From positions 2,281 through 66,280 of the forward strand of contig CBFGIT010000016.1 in assembly GCA_965648905.1 (NCBI GenBank): a stretch of 64,000 bases of DNA, in the 5' to 3' direction. This stretch comes from a candidate division WOR-3 bacterium. GTDB lineage: Bacteria; Hydrothermota; Tepidihabitantia; Tepidihabitantales; Tepidihabitantaceae. The stretch's first letter is position 1, and the number at the start of each line of letters is the position of its first letter. Positions 40,513 through 50,673 of the stretch are shown one piece after another. The notes below the pieces were generated by a model. The model saw nothing but the letters and a program-made list of their open reading frames with translations. It had not been told where the DNA came from and ran no database searches. The position numbers were made by a program, and so were the translations under genes.

Positions 40513-43053
40513 CTAGCGCGTGATGGCGAGCCGGCGCGTGGCTGAAGAACCGCCGGTCGAGAGCCGGACAAAGTGGACGCCGGCACCAAGGCCACTGACG
40601 TCGAGTTCGAACCGCCGACCACCGTGGCAAGGCGATGAGTGCAGAACAACGCGGCCAGAAGCATCAAGCAGGCTGAGCGAAGGACTGCCCGGCGGCAACG
40701 GCGAATCGAGGTCAACCGTGACTGAGCCGGAACCTGCCGGGTTGGGTCGAATTCGGAAACTCAGTTGCCCTGTTGGCCGGCGCTGCTCTTCAATCGCGGT
40801 CCATGGAACTGACGCAGCATGAATGTCCCAGTTGCCGTCGCTCAAGTTCTGCCAGAGAACCCAGACGTTGCCGTCAGCACCGCAGGCTGCTGCCGGGTTG
40901 ATGTCGAGTCCGGCACCGGCTTCGACCGACTGTGCGTCCGACCAGACTCCGGCTGAGTAGGCCGAATAGAAGATGTCCCAGCCACCCTGCCGTGCGCTCA
41001 TCCAGACGACCCACGGCTTCCCTCGACCATCACTCGTCATCATCGGATGTACGTCAAGCGCAGTCTCCGGACAGACCTGAGCCGGGGCCGACCAGTGTGT
41101 ACCGTCAAAGGTGCTGAACCAGATGTCGCCGTCGCCTGAATCAAAGCTCTGCCAGCAGACGACCGGCCTGCCATCCTCACCCGCTGTGGCCGCGGGCCGA
41201 TAGGCACGTGACTGGCCGCCTGAAACCGGCTCGGTTTCGAGCCAAGTGGCACCGGACTTGTACCGGGCCCGAATCTGCGACCGACCGCTGACGTACTCAG
41301 TGTAGACAACCCAGACCGTGCCGTCCGGCATGGTTGCGGTCTGAGGATGAAGCTGCGTCACGCTGTCATGCGTGACATTGGCAACCGCGGTCCAACTCGT
41401 GCCGTTATAAGATGTTACAAAAATATCTGCGAACTCGTCGCGGCGGCTGGTGAAAAGGCACCAGAGAGTGCCGGTCGAGTCGCGCGTGAGTGACGGGGTC
41501 ATGTCTGAGGAGTTGTCGTTGGCCACCTGCTGGGCACTTGACCACGTGGTTCCGTTCCAGAAGCTGTAGTACAGATTGTAATAGTAGTCGTCGGTGAACA
41601 ATGACCACACCACGACCGGCCTGTTGTTTCGGTCGACCCCGATTACCGGGTCGGTTTCCCAGTAGTACGCGGTTCCGACTCCATACGGACTTGACCACAC
41701 GCCGTTTGAGCGCACGGCAGCAAAGATGTCGAATCTGCCGTTCGTGGTGCTGCGGCCGGACTTCCAGGTTGCCCATACGTCACCGTCCGGCATACAGAGT
41801 ATTGCCGGTGAGTCATCAGTCTCTGGGTCTGCGCCCACGACTTCAGCAGTTGTCGGCATGACCCCATGCTGCTCGGGAGTCTGACCGGCTCCTTCGGTCC
41901 GGCCCCGCGGCTTCAGGCTCGGGTCACCGACGATATTCAGGCCATAGTGCCAGAACCGGCTGTACTCCCCATGCAGGTTATACCATGCTCTGAACGCATC
42001 GCCGATTGAGGAGTCCCGACCCATTGGCCGGTAGAAGTCCTGGAAGTAGCCGATCATCGAACCGGTCTTGGAGCTGCCGACCGCAGCCAGGCCATAGTCG
42101 TCCTGGAAGATATCCCAGCCTGCCGAGTAGTTCTCTTCGACGTACCGCGTACCCGAGCAGGCGAACAGGTTGTAGAAATGGGCAGCCGGACGCATGGCGT
42201 AGATTTCAGTGTTGAAGACCGTGCCCCGGTAGCCGCCGTCGGCACGGAACGTATGACCCCAGGGCGATGAGTGGGAGCAGACCTGAATCCACTCGTAGCC
42301 CTGGGCAAGCCTGGTCCGATAGTCCGAGGCCCTTGTCGTGTTGCCCTGGGTTACGGTCGTCACGGTCGGATAGAGCTGGCTGAGTTGACAGTCACCGAAC
42401 CCGCTCCAGTCATCATCAACATAGGCCAGCGCCCGGTCCGGTAGGGCCAGTTGGCCGGTGCGGTAAGCGTGGTTCTTGGCGAAGTAACGCCGAACCAGCC
42501 GCACCTCGTCGTCCCAGGTCAAAGGCCGCGCATAGAGCCTCCCGACCCAAATCTCCAGAGCCAGGTTACCGGAATGGCCGTCGTAGAGCCCGTCCCCATC
42601 CGCATCAGTCCAGGTTCCGTCAAGGTCCATGTAGTAGATGTCAAGCGGGAACTCCTCACCGTCGAGCTCATACCAGGCCACCGGCAGCTCGCCGACAAGC
42701 ATTGCACCGACGAGCTGGTTCTGCCCGGCCAGGTGGTTGCGCAGCAGCACATGACTCAGTCCGCGCATCGTATCAATGCGTACGCTGTACCCGGCGCCAA
42801 TCAGGTCTGACCGATACTGCTCCAGCTCGGCAATAATGCAGGGATACAGCTCGGCATTGACAACGATGTCAACCAGATTGACGAACCCGGCCTGCGCCAC
42901 AAGCCCGATTCGGCTCTGGTCCAGCTCCTGCCCATGCCCTGCCTGCCAGGCAGCGAATGATAGCGCCCTTCTGCCCTGCGGGTCGAACCACCCCGGAACC
43001 GGGACGGCTGAGGTGACACCGGCGACGAACGACACAAGCACAATAGTCTTCAT
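40513..43053 (-). CDS. Secreted C25 (gingipain-like) cysteine peptidase with beta-propeller repeats and T9SS-type CTD
   Basis: 'LVGELP', 'DIYYMDLDG', 'EIWVGRL', His 'SHS' and Cys 'FACS' dyad, 'NIVGDPSL'; C-terminal 'IRPNP...DASGRVV...LGAGVHFVRL'. Confidence 0.82.
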   Translation of the reverse strand: MKTIVLVSFVAGVTSAVPVPGWFDPQGRRALSFAAWQAGHGQELDQSRIGLVAQAGFVNLVDIVVNAELYPCIIAELEQYRSDLIGAGYSVRIDTMRGLSHVLLRNHLAGQNQLVGAMLVGELPVAWYELDGEEFPLDIYYMDLDGTWTDADGDGLYDGHSGNLALEIWVGRLYARPLTWDDEVRLVRRYFAKNHAYRTGQLALPDRALAYVDDDWSGFGDCQLSQLYPTVTTVTQGNTTRASDYRTRLAQGYEWIQVCSHSSPWGHTFRADGGYRGTVFNTEIYAMRPAAHFYNLFACSGTRYVEENYSAGWDIFQDDYGLAAVGSSKTGSMIGYFQDFYRPMGRDSSIGDAFRAWYNLHGEYSRFWHYGLNIVGDPSLKPRGRTEGAGQTPEQHGVMPTTAEVVGADPETDDSPAILCMPDGDVWATWKSGRSTTNGRFDIFAAVRSNGVWSSPYGVGTAYYWETDPVIGVDRNNRPVVVWSLFTDDYYYNLYYSFWNGTTWSSAQQVANDNSSDMTPSLTRDSTGTLWCLFTSRRDEFADIFVTSYNGTSWTAVANVTHDSVTQLHPQTATMPDGTVWVVYTEYVSGRSQIRARYKSGATWLETEPVSGGQSRAYRPAATAGEDGRPVVCWQSFDSGDGDIWFSTFDGTHWSAPAQVCPETALDVHPMMTSDGRGKPWVVWMSARQGGWDIFYSAYSAGVWSDAQSVEAGAGLDINPAAACGADGNVWVLWQNLSDGNWDIHAASVPWTAIEEQRRPTGQLSFRIRPNPAGSGSVTVDLDSPLPPGSPSLSLLDASGRVVLHSSPCHGGRRFELDVSGLGAGVHFVRLSTGGSSATRRLAITR

Positions 43054-43058
43054 CGCTG

Positions 43059-43448
43059 CTACTTGCCCGGACCGGATTTCTTCTTGCCGACCAAACCTGA
43101 TCCCGGTGTCTTGCCCGTCCCGCGCAGCTCAACCAGCGTTTCACGGAAGGCCTTGAGCGAAGGAAGCACCACGCTGGCCGCGCTGCCCAGGTTGTCTAAC
43201 AAGGCAACGGCAAAGGCACTGGCCGGCAGGTAAGACGGCCGTCTGCCGAAAGCGACTATCGTCCCATGTGCCAGAAGCTCATCTGCATCCTTTCTGCCAA
43301 GCATCTCGCGCAGTTTGGACCGAAGGAGCCGGAACCGGAGGCGGGTCAGCGAGAACACCATCTCAACAATGCTCGAGCTGGCCAGACTCAACACCAGGTA
43401 GAGCAGGAACAGCCCGATGGCGACGTCAACTATCTGACTTCCGAACAT
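43059..43448 (-). CDS. Short membrane protein, possibly a truncated member of a longer family
   Basis: N-terminal TM 'VDVAIGLFLLYLVLSL', 'PSYLPASAFAVALLD'; GGAGGGG SD. Confidence 0.6.
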   Translation of the reverse strand: MFGSQIVDVAIGLFLLYLVLSLASSSIVEMVFSLTRLRFRLLRSKLREMLGRKDADELLAHGTIVAFGRRPSYLPASAFAVALLDNLGSAASVVLPSLKAFRETLVELRGTGKTPGSGLVGKKKSGPGK

Positions 43449-43466
43449 CTCCCCTCCTGGCGCAAA

Positions 43467-44015
43467 CTAGACTCCGAACCAACGTACAACTCCCCGGACA
43501 ACTGCCTCGGCAAAACGCTCTTGAGCCGCAGCCGAGCCAAGTAGATTCTCCTCGGTCTGGTTTGAGACAAATGCACACTCAAGCAGAGCCGAAGGCATGT
43601 CGGTCTTTCTCAGCACGTGCAACGAGTTGTTGCCTGGTGCGCTGGCCTTGAGGCCTCGGTTCCGCAACGTGGGGAACCGCGCGGCGACTTCAGCCAGAAT
43701 CGCCTCGGCCAGTCCCCGCCCCCGGGTCGAGGTATGCCAGTACCAGACCTCAAAACCACGAGCCGTGGCTCCGTCCGAGTTGCAGTGTACCGAGACAAAC
43801 GCTCCGGCCCGGGCGTTGTTGGCCATGCTCGTGCGTGTCTCGAGTGTAACCCGGACATCGCTGTCCCGAGTCAGGATGACCCGGTGTCCCGCAGCTCTGA
43901 ACTTCTGCGCCGCTTTCTGCACGATTGCGAGGTTCACATCACATTCTCGGACACCGGACCTTCCGACCGCACCCGGGTCACTGCCACCGTGCCCGGGATC
44001 CAGACACACAAACAT
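43467..44015 (-). CDS. N-acetylmuramoyl-L-alanine amidase (Amidase_3), catalytic domain only
   Basis: 'LDPGHGGSDPGA', 'E', 'LTR', 'FVSVHCNS', 'LLECAFVSN'; no signal peptide. Confidence 0.93.
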   Translation of the reverse strand: MFVCLDPGHGGSDPGAVGRSGVRECDVNLAIVQKAAQKFRAAGHRVILTRDSDVRVTLETRTSMANNARAGAFVSVHCNSDGATARGFEVWYWHTSTRGRGLAEAILAEVAARFPTLRNRGLKASAPGNNSLHVLRKTDMPSALLECAFVSNQTEENLLGSAAAQERFAEAVVRGVVRWFGV

Positions 44016-44069
44016 CTTCGCTCCTTTCCTCAGCAGTTCTACCGACTACTGACCATCGACCTGCCTGGG

Positions 44070-46955
44070 CTACCAGTCGCGCAGAATGGCCCGCAGCCGG
44101 GCATTAACGAACTCATTCGTCTCTCCGGCCTGTACTTCCTTCATCGTTCGGACCAGCGGTTCGTCCATTATCCGACCCAGTGCCTCAACCGCACACAGCC
44201 GCACGAACGGCGTCTCGTGCCCAAGTTGGCCGACAAACGCCCGTCGGCTTCTTACCCGCAGTTCCCGTTGCTCAATAGTATCCAGCTTCTCGGCCAACTG
44301 GCCGGCAGCCCGCAAAGCATGTCCCAGTGCGCGGGGCGTAAGCTGCGGCACGGCCGAAAGCAATGGGTCAAGCGCCGGGGTGCCGGTCGCCACCAGTGCC
44401 AGCTCAGCGGCCGAGCGAACCGTAAACAGCCGGTCGTCAAGCGTCCGGATGAGCTCCGGAATTGCGGCCCGGCTCTTCAACTTGCCGCACGCCTCACTCG
44501 TCACAATCCGCGAAGGCTCATAGGAATCCCTGAGCAGATAGAGTATCTTGGGCACGACCGTCGAGTCACCGATGTCGCCCAGCGCATTGACCGCCCGGCG
44601 TGGGGTGATGCGCCCGGCCTTGAGTGCGGCAAGAATCGAGTCCACACCGTCCTGTGCCTTCTCCTTGAGCTGACCCAGCCAGTAGGCCGCGTTCTGCCGG
44701 GCCTGGAACCGGCTGTCACGCAGAGCGCGGAACAGGTAGGGCTTGGCCGTGTCCGGCATCGCCTTGACCAGTTCCTCAACCGCCCGCGACTCCAGCCCGT
44801 CCTTGGAATCGGCCTTCTTGTCGAACACATAGTCGAGCGCCTGACGACCCTGCCGAATCAACTGCTTGCGCGCCCGGGCGACCTTCTTCCGCGCATTGCC
44901 GACCTCCCAGATTGACGCGGTCTTGAACAGCGACTCAATCGGCTGGCTCAGACTGTCCGCTCCGAGGTCGGTCGTGTCGACATCCGGCTCCTCGTCAACC
45001 ACGGTCGCAGCGCGAGGCAGGTCCAGCCCGGAGCCAAAGGTCCCTTTGGTCCAGCTCGACCGGTCCCGGGCCACGTTGCTCTGCGGGTACTTATCCTTAC
45101 CGGCGAGGTCAAGGAACAGCCCCATGCCGCCGAACCCCCGGGCCGCATTGCCCGAGCCATGACTCAAGAAAGAGTCGGCGCACGTGTAGGCGTCGTTGCC
45201 ATCCTGGTCCAGGAACAGCCCGACCGAATTCGTCAAGCCGATACCCTGCCCGCCCGAGGAGTAGTAGACGTCGTCGCCTTTGCGGTCCACAAGCACGCCA
45301 ACCGAAAGGTCGTGCCCTTCGCCCTGACTTGGCCCGAGCCGGGACACATAGGCATCGCATCCCTCCTCGTCGACCAGCACGCCGACCGCAAGATGAATCC
45401 CTGCGCCCTGGGAATACTGGGCTGCGTTGTAGTGGTCAAATCCGGTCCCATCCCACAGCATCCCGAGTGCGTACCAGTAGCTTGTTCCCTGGCAGAACAC
45501 CTCGCCGTTGTAGAAATCATTGCCCGACCGGTCAAAGAGCAGAGCGATGCCCCCGGCCGCATCCGGTCGGCGGCCGATTGCAAAGCCGTGCGAGAAAGAG
45601 CGATATTCGTGCGGCAGCAGGGGCGCATGAACATACTCACCACCTGCGGTATAGACGTCGTTGCCCGCATGGTCGGCCAGAACCCCGTAGGCCCAGGTCG
45701 AGGAGAACCCCTGGCAGTAGCATGAACTTCGGTAGCTGTCGTTTCCACCTGCGTCTACCAGGAGCCCGGCTCCGAAATCGGCCGCGCCCTGGGCAAAGAA
45801 CCCGGCACGGTAGCAGTCGGTGCCGCCCTTGTCCCAGAGCAGTCCGGTCCCGAGAACCGCTGCACCCTGGCCGTAGTGCCGGCTGCGATAGACGTCGTTG
45901 CCGCTGCAGTCAATCAATACGCCGGCTCCGAACAGTGCCGCTCCTTGGCTGAATAGCTTGTCTGAGAAGTAGCAGTCGTCACCCCCAAGGTCAATCACGA
46001 CACTGAACGGTCGGTCAAGAACGCCAACCGCACCACCGGCCCGGTTCATGTAACGATCAGCACCGCCCAGTTCGATGATCACGGCGCAGTCTGACCGATA
46101 GACGTTATCGACGTGGCTACCAACCACTACCCGGCCGTACTCAGTCGCCAGGTCGAGCAGAACCGGGCCGTCAATGCCCTCAACGTTGCTGCCCATGACT
46201 TCCTGTTGGAGCAGAATCGGTTCAGGCCCCAGCAATCGCTCGGCCTCGCACGCAGCCATGGCCACCGCCAGACCGGAAAAAGCCAGGGCTTTGCGGTCGA
46301 GTCTACGCGCATAGGCCAGCAGGGTCTCGGACTTCACGTTCTGGGTTGTATCATAGACCCTGCCGAACTCAAGGTGCAGCACCCCGCTGAGCGGCTTCTC
46401 TAGTGTGTCGTCTTCGTCTTTCCAGAAATCCGGCGCCTCACCGAGCAGACGGTCAAGCTCGACCGGCGTGAGCCGAGCGACTGCCACACTGAGATAACGC
46501 TGGCCGACCGCGAAGCCGGCAAGGATGGTCTGCAACGCGCGAGCAAGATTGCCGGGGAGCGCTTCGGTTCCCGGCAGTGGTCTGACCGCCGCCCTGACCT
46601 CGCGGCCCAGCCGCACTGAGTCGGTGGGCACAAGACCCGCGTCGGTCGTAGCCCACTGGTGGAACAGGAAGGCGCTCGGTTCGGACTTGAGCCTGTCTAC
46701 AAGAGCCGCGGTTGACTCAGTATAAGCAACAACTTCGAGCGGACGGTCGAGCATCCGGTCCACGTCCTTCAACCGGAAGAAACTGTCCGGTGCCCATTGC
46801 TTGAAGAAACCAAGCTCTGACTCCTCGACACCCTGGATATCAAGTCCGTTGCGGAGTGCGGACCGGGAGAAAGAGTCAAGCCCGACGACCGAAACCGAGG
46901 AGGCAATCGCTGACGCCAGAAAAACAGGCAGGACGGCTAGGCCGAAAGTTCGCAA
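44070..46955 (-). CDS. Large exported protein with about 12 'hhhDxxGxDxY' repeats and C-terminal HEAT repeats
   Basis: Signal peptide; repeats such as VLIDCSGNDVY, LLVDAGGNDSY, LFLDQDGNDAY; HEAT-like 'VRSAAELAL', 'VRLCAVEALG'. Confidence 0.78.
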   Translation of the reverse strand: MRTFGLAVLPVFLASAIASSVSVVGLDSFSRSALRNGLDIQGVEESELGFFKQWAPDSFFRLKDVDRMLDRPLEVVAYTESTAALVDRLKSEPSAFLFHQWATTDAGLVPTDSVRLGREVRAAVRPLPGTEALPGNLARALQTILAGFAVGQRYLSVAVARLTPVELDRLLGEAPDFWKDEDDTLEKPLSGVLHLEFGRVYDTTQNVKSETLLAYARRLDRKALAFSGLAVAMAACEAERLLGPEPILLQQEVMGSNVEGIDGPVLLDLATEYGRVVVGSHVDNVYRSDCAVIIELGGADRYMNRAGGAVGVLDRPFSVVIDLGGDDCYFSDKLFSQGAALFGAGVLIDCSGNDVYRSRHYGQGAAVLGTGLLWDKGGTDCYRAGFFAQGAADFGAGLLVDAGGNDSYRSSCYCQGFSSTWAYGVLADHAGNDVYTAGGEYVHAPLLPHEYRSFSHGFAIGRRPDAAGGIALLFDRSGNDFYNGEVFCQGTSYWYALGMLWDGTGFDHYNAAQYSQGAGIHLAVGVLVDEEGCDAYVSRLGPSQGEGHDLSVGVLVDRKGDDVYYSSGGQGIGLTNSVGLFLDQDGNDAYTCADSFLSHGSGNAARGFGGMGLFLDLAGKDKYPQSNVARDRSSWTKGTFGSGLDLPRAATVVDEEPDVDTTDLGADSLSQPIESLFKTASIWEVGNARKKVARARKQLIRQGRQALDYVFDKKADSKDGLESRAVEELVKAMPDTAKPYLFRALRDSRFQARQNAAYWLGQLKEKAQDGVDSILAALKAGRITPRRAVNALGDIGDSTVVPKILYLLRDSYEPSRIVTSEACGKLKSRAAIPELIRTLDDRLFTVRSAAELALVATGTPALDPLLSAVPQLTPRALGHALRAAGQLAEKLDTIEQRELRVRSRRAFVGQLGHETPFVRLCAVEALGRIMDEPLVRTMKEVQAGETNEFVNARLRAILRDW

Positions 46956-47010
46956 GAAACTGCTCCTCTCAGGATAGTGCTGCTGACTGCGGGGCGAATC
47001 AACAATGCCA

Positions 47011-47085
47011 ATGCTACGCTCGCTCCTGCGGTTGTCAATCGCTGCGGCCGGGCCGGTTTGACTGCCGCGCGCAAGCCGCTATAGT
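47011..47085. promoter_or_regulatory. Divergent promoters (minus: TTGACA-16-TAGCAT; plus: TTGACT-16-TATAGT, leaderless ATG 47093)
   Basis: Minus hexamers at 47033-47038 and 47011-47016; plus hexamers at 47058-47063 and 47080-47085. Confidence 0.65.
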
Positions 47086-47092
47086 CGTTGGC

Positions 47093-48298
47093 ATGAGACC
47101 CATACTACTGTTGCTGACCGCAGCCCTGGCGGTCACCGGCTGCAAGGAAACAAGGTCCGACCTGCCGGCCAAAGGTACGCCTTTTACCGACTCGGTCTAC
47201 GGAGCGACTCTCGTCCGCATCTCAGACAAGACCACCGATAACTACTCAGGACATGGTATCCAGAACGAGTATGCGCGCGCCGACGCCTGGAACGCTGATG
47301 GCTCGTACCTGATACTCCGCAGCAATGACGGCGTATTCTATCTGTACAGCGGCTCGACTTATGCCTTGGTGCGCAGTCTCGATGAACTCGGCGGCGGCCA
47401 GGAGCTGGAACCGCGCTGGCATGACACTGACCCGGATGTGTTCTACTACGTGGCCGGGCCGAACCTGAAGCGGTTCCGGGTCTCAACCGGCAACCAGGAA
47501 GTGGTCCACGACTTCACCGCTCAGTTCCCGGGCTGCCACTTCGTCAGTACCGGTGTCGAAGGCGATGCCTCCCGGGACCGAAGATACTGGTGCTTCGAAG
47601 TCTCGGACAGCCTGTTCAATCTGCTGGCGGTCTGTGTCTACGACGTGCTCACCGACTCGGTCGTGGGCAGAAAGACGTCGTTTCCGGATGCCGTCAACCA
47701 TGTAACCATGGACGCAGGCGGGAACCACGCGGTCGTCGCCTATGACGACTCGGTGCCGTTTGAATCGTACTCACCCGACTTCAGCCGTGTGGTGCGCATG
47801 CCGACTGGTGCGCTTGGCCATGCTGATGTCGCTCTAACCAAGGACGGCCGTGACGTCATCGTGTACCAGAACATCGCGACCGACTTCATCGAGATGGCCG
47901 ACCTTGAGACCGGAACTGCCACCCAGTTGCTTGCGATTCCGTTCGACGTCAATACCGACATCGGCCTGCACGTCTCCGGTAACTGCTACGACAAACCGGG
48001 CTGGGTGCTGGTCTCAACCTACGGAGCAAAGAACCCGGATGCGGGTCGACAGCATTCATGGATGGACAACCTTCTGTTCATGCTCGAACTGAAACCGAAC
48101 CCCGACACCGCGAAGCTGGCCCAGACCCGCTGCTACACAGGCACAAAGCCGCGCTCCAACTACTTTGCCGAGTCGTTTGCCAGCATCAACCACGCCGGCA
48201 CCAGGGTCATATTCGGCTCGAACTGGGGAATCCTTTCCCTTGATGACTACACCGATGCCTATGAGCTGCGCATGCCTGCCGACTGGGACAGCCGCTAG
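47093..48298 (+). CDS. Lipoprotein, probable beta-propeller
   Basis: 'MRPILLLLTAALAVTGC' lipobox; 'AWNADGSYL', 'ASINHAGTRVIFGSNW' propeller-like blades. Confidence 0.75.
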   Translation: MRPILLLLTAALAVTGCKETRSDLPAKGTPFTDSVYGATLVRISDKTTDNYSGHGIQNEYARADAWNADGSYLILRSNDGVFYLYSGSTYALVRSLDELGGGQELEPRWHDTDPDVFYYVAGPNLKRFRVSTGNQEVVHDFTAQFPGCHFVSTGVEGDASRDRRYWCFEVSDSLFNLLAVCVYDVLTDSVVGRKTSFPDAVNHVTMDAGGNHAVVAYDDSVPFESYSPDFSRVVRMPTGALGHADVALTKDGRDVIVYQNIATDFIEMADLETGTATQLLAIPFDVNTDIGLHVSGNCYDKPGWVLVSTYGAKNPDAGRQHSWMDNLLFMLELKPNPDTAKLAQTRCYTGTKPRSNYFAESFASINHAGTRVIFGSNWGILSLDDYTDAYELRMPADWDSR

Positions 48299-48316
48299 AC
48301 CGGTGCGGCGCGGTTG

Positions 48317-49330
48317 ATGAAACGGTCGTACCACGAACAGCCTGAGTTCTGGACCACGGTTGCGTCGGTGCTGGCACTGACGGTCGGTCACTACGCTGCT
48401 CCGACGCACGACCCGTTCTGGCACGACCTGTTCCGGCGGTTGTACTATCTGCCGATTATCCTGGCCGGATTCCGCTACGGTCTCAGAGGCGGACTCATCA
48501 CTGCCGGGTTCATCTCGCTCTTCTTCCTGCCCCACGTGCTGATGACCCGGACCACACTCGCACGCCAGGCCAGCGAGGCGGTATTTGAAGTCCCTCTGTA
48601 TGCGGTCGTCGGTGCGGTAACCGGACTCCTGAGCGACCGACAGCGCCGGGCCGATGCGTCATTGCGCCGGGCCGAGCGACTCAAGACCCTCGGGCAGATG
48701 GCGGCAGGCATGGCCCACGAAGTAAAGAACCCGTTGGCCGCGGTCCGCAGCGCGGCCCAGATGCTCGACCGCCGCGCCCGCGACAAGGACGCTGAGCTGA
48801 CGCGCATCATCCTGTCTGAGGTGGACCGACTCAATCGCGTCGTCGATGACTTCCTGAGCTACGCCCGGCCTGCGCCGTTGAGGTACGGCCCGCTGCGACT
48901 GAGCCAGGTTACCCGAACGTGCGTCGAACTGCTGACGTCCCAGATGACCGACCAAGGCAAGCAAGTCAGTCAGTCCTGGCCTGAGAATGAAGCCGAGGTC
49001 GAGGGCGATGCCAGCCTGCTCAGACAACTGTTTCTCAACCTGCTGCTCAACGCAATTCAGGCGGCGAAACAGAGCATCGTCGTAACCGGCACTCAGACTG
49101 GGCGCGAACTAAGAGTCGATATCGTCGACGATGGCCCGGGAATCCCGGCCGGGAGTCTGAAGCATGTGTTCGAACCTTTCTACACGACACGGCCCGGCGG
49201 CACCGGCCTGGGCCTGGCCATTGCCCGGCGCATCGCAGCCGACCACGGTGGCAGGATAGAGCTTTCCAGCGCACCGGGCAAGGGCACCACGGCAACCGTG
49301 GTCCTGCCGAGAAACCGAGCCACCAGATGA
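48317..49330 (+). CDS. Membrane sensor histidine kinase
   Basis: Several TM helices; H-box 'AHEVKNPL', N-box 'NLLLNAIQA', G1 'DDGPGI', F 'FEPFYTT', G2 'GTGLGL'. Confidence 0.95.
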   Translation: MKRSYHEQPEFWTTVASVLALTVGHYAAPTHDPFWHDLFRRLYYLPIILAGFRYGLRGGLITAGFISLFFLPHVLMTRTTLARQASEAVFEVPLYAVVGAVTGLLSDRQRRADASLRRAERLKTLGQMAAGMAHEVKNPLAAVRSAAQMLDRRARDKDAELTRIILSEVDRLNRVVDDFLSYARPAPLRYGPLRLSQVTRTCVELLTSQMTDQGKQVSQSWPENEAEVEGDASLLRQLFLNLLLNAIQAAKQSIVVTGTQTGRELRVDIVDDGPGIPAGSLKHVFEPFYTTRPGGTGLGLAIARRIAADHGGRIELSSAPGKGTTATVVLPRNRATR

Positions 49331-50673
49331 ACCGCCATCGCGTCCTTGTGGTCGACGACGACCCGAACGTTGCTTCGGTCGTGCGCCTGCTGCTTGAAGA
49401 AGAACACCACGAACCCGAGGTCGTCTCCAGTGTCACCGGAGCGCTTCAGACCGTGCGTCAGGGCGGTCCAGACCTTGTCATCACCGACCTGAAGCTGCCT
49501 GACGGCACCGGGCTTGAGGTACTCCAGGAGGTGAAACAGATGAGCCCGGACACGCCGGTCATTCTCATCACCGCGTATGCCACAGTGAGCACCGCGGTCG
49601 CGGCGATGAAAGCCGGCGCCTATGACTATCTGACCAAGCCATTTGACAACGACCGGTTCAAGGGCCTTGTGGCTAATGCCCTGCGTCTGCGCGACCTTGC
49701 ACGCGAGAATCGACGGCTGCGCAGCGAAGTCGAGGAACAGGTCGGGCTCGGCGCCATTGCCGGGTCCAGCCCGCAGATGCAGAAGGTCCGAGACTTGGTG
49801 CGCCTGGCGGCCACAAGCGATGCCGCGCTTATGGTTCTGGGTGAGACCGGCACCGGCAAGGAGCTGGTGGCCCGGGCGGTTCATTTCCTCAGCACCCGGG
49901 CCGCCGGACCGTTCATCGCAGTGAACTGCGGAGCGATACCTGAGAGCCTGGTCGAGAGCGAGCTGTTCGGCCACAAGAAAGGCTCGTTCACCGGCGCGGT
50001 CGCAGACCGCGATGGGCGATTTGTCCAGGCTGATTCCGGCACCATTCTCCTCGATGAAGTCACCGAGATGAAGCGCGAAGTTCAGGTGAAGCTCCTGCGG
50101 GTGATTGAGACCCGTGAAGTGCAACCGGTCGGCAGCACCGAGACCGTCAAGGTGGACGTCCGCATCATCAGTGCCGCCAACCGTCAGCCTGCGGCCTGTG
50201 TCCGCGCCGGCGAGTTCCGCGAAGACCTCTACTATCGCCTGAATGTATTCACCTTGAGCATCCCGCCCCTGCGCGAACACCGGCCGGACATTCCCGAACT
50301 GGTTGCAGCCTATCTCACGCGGCGCGGGTTTCCGGCCGACACGGTCAGTCCGGAAGCGCTCGCGCTTCTGGCCGAGCACGACTTTCCCGGCAATGTCCGG
50401 GAGCTGCAAAACGTCGTCGAGTACGGTCTGATTCTGAGTCAGGGCCGGCTGGTCGTTCCCGAACACATTGCCGACCGGCTGATGCCTCGGCTCGCTGAAC
50501 CTGACATCCCTGACGCCGGTCTCTCGCTTGCTGACGTCGAGAAAAGCCACCTTGAAGCCGCACTCCGGAAATCGGGCGGCAACCAGTCCCGCGCTGCCCG
50601 CCTGCTCAACATTTCCCGCGCGACCCTGCTCTACCGGATGAGGAAATACGGACTGGGACCGGACCGGGCATGA
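49327..50673 (+). CDS. NtrC-family sigma54-dependent response regulator
   Basis: REC 'VVDDD...TDLKLP', 'GETGTGKE', 'GSFTGA', 'LLDE', 'FREDLYYRL', 'PGNVREL', Fis HTH. Confidence 0.96.
   Translation: MNRHRVLVVDDDPNVASVVRLLLEEEHHEPEVVSSVTGALQTVRQGGPDLVITDLKLPDGTGLEVLQEVKQMSPDTPVILITAYATVSTAVAAMKAGAYDYLTKPFDNDRFKGLVANALRLRDLARENRRLRSEVEEQVGLGAIAGSSPQMQKVRDLVRLAATSDAALMVLGETGTGKELVARAVHFLSTRAAGPFIAVNCGAIPESLVESELFGHKKGSFTGAVADRDGRFVQADSGTILLDEVTEMKREVQVKLLRVIETREVQPVGSTETVKVDVRIISAANRQPAACVRAGEFREDLYYRLNVFTLSIPPLREHRPDIPELVAAYLTRRGFPADTVSPEALALLAEHDFPGNVRELQNVVEYGLILSQGRLVVPEHIADRLMPRLAEPDIPDAGLSLADVEKSHLEAALRKSGGNQSRAARLLNISRATLLYRMRKYGLGPDRA

Noticed and set aside
43617-44915. 432-aa plus-strand ORF
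   Set aside because: Antisense to the amidase and HEAT-repeat genes.
49180-50550. 456-aa minus-strand ORF
   Set aside because: Antisense shadow of the NtrC regulator.
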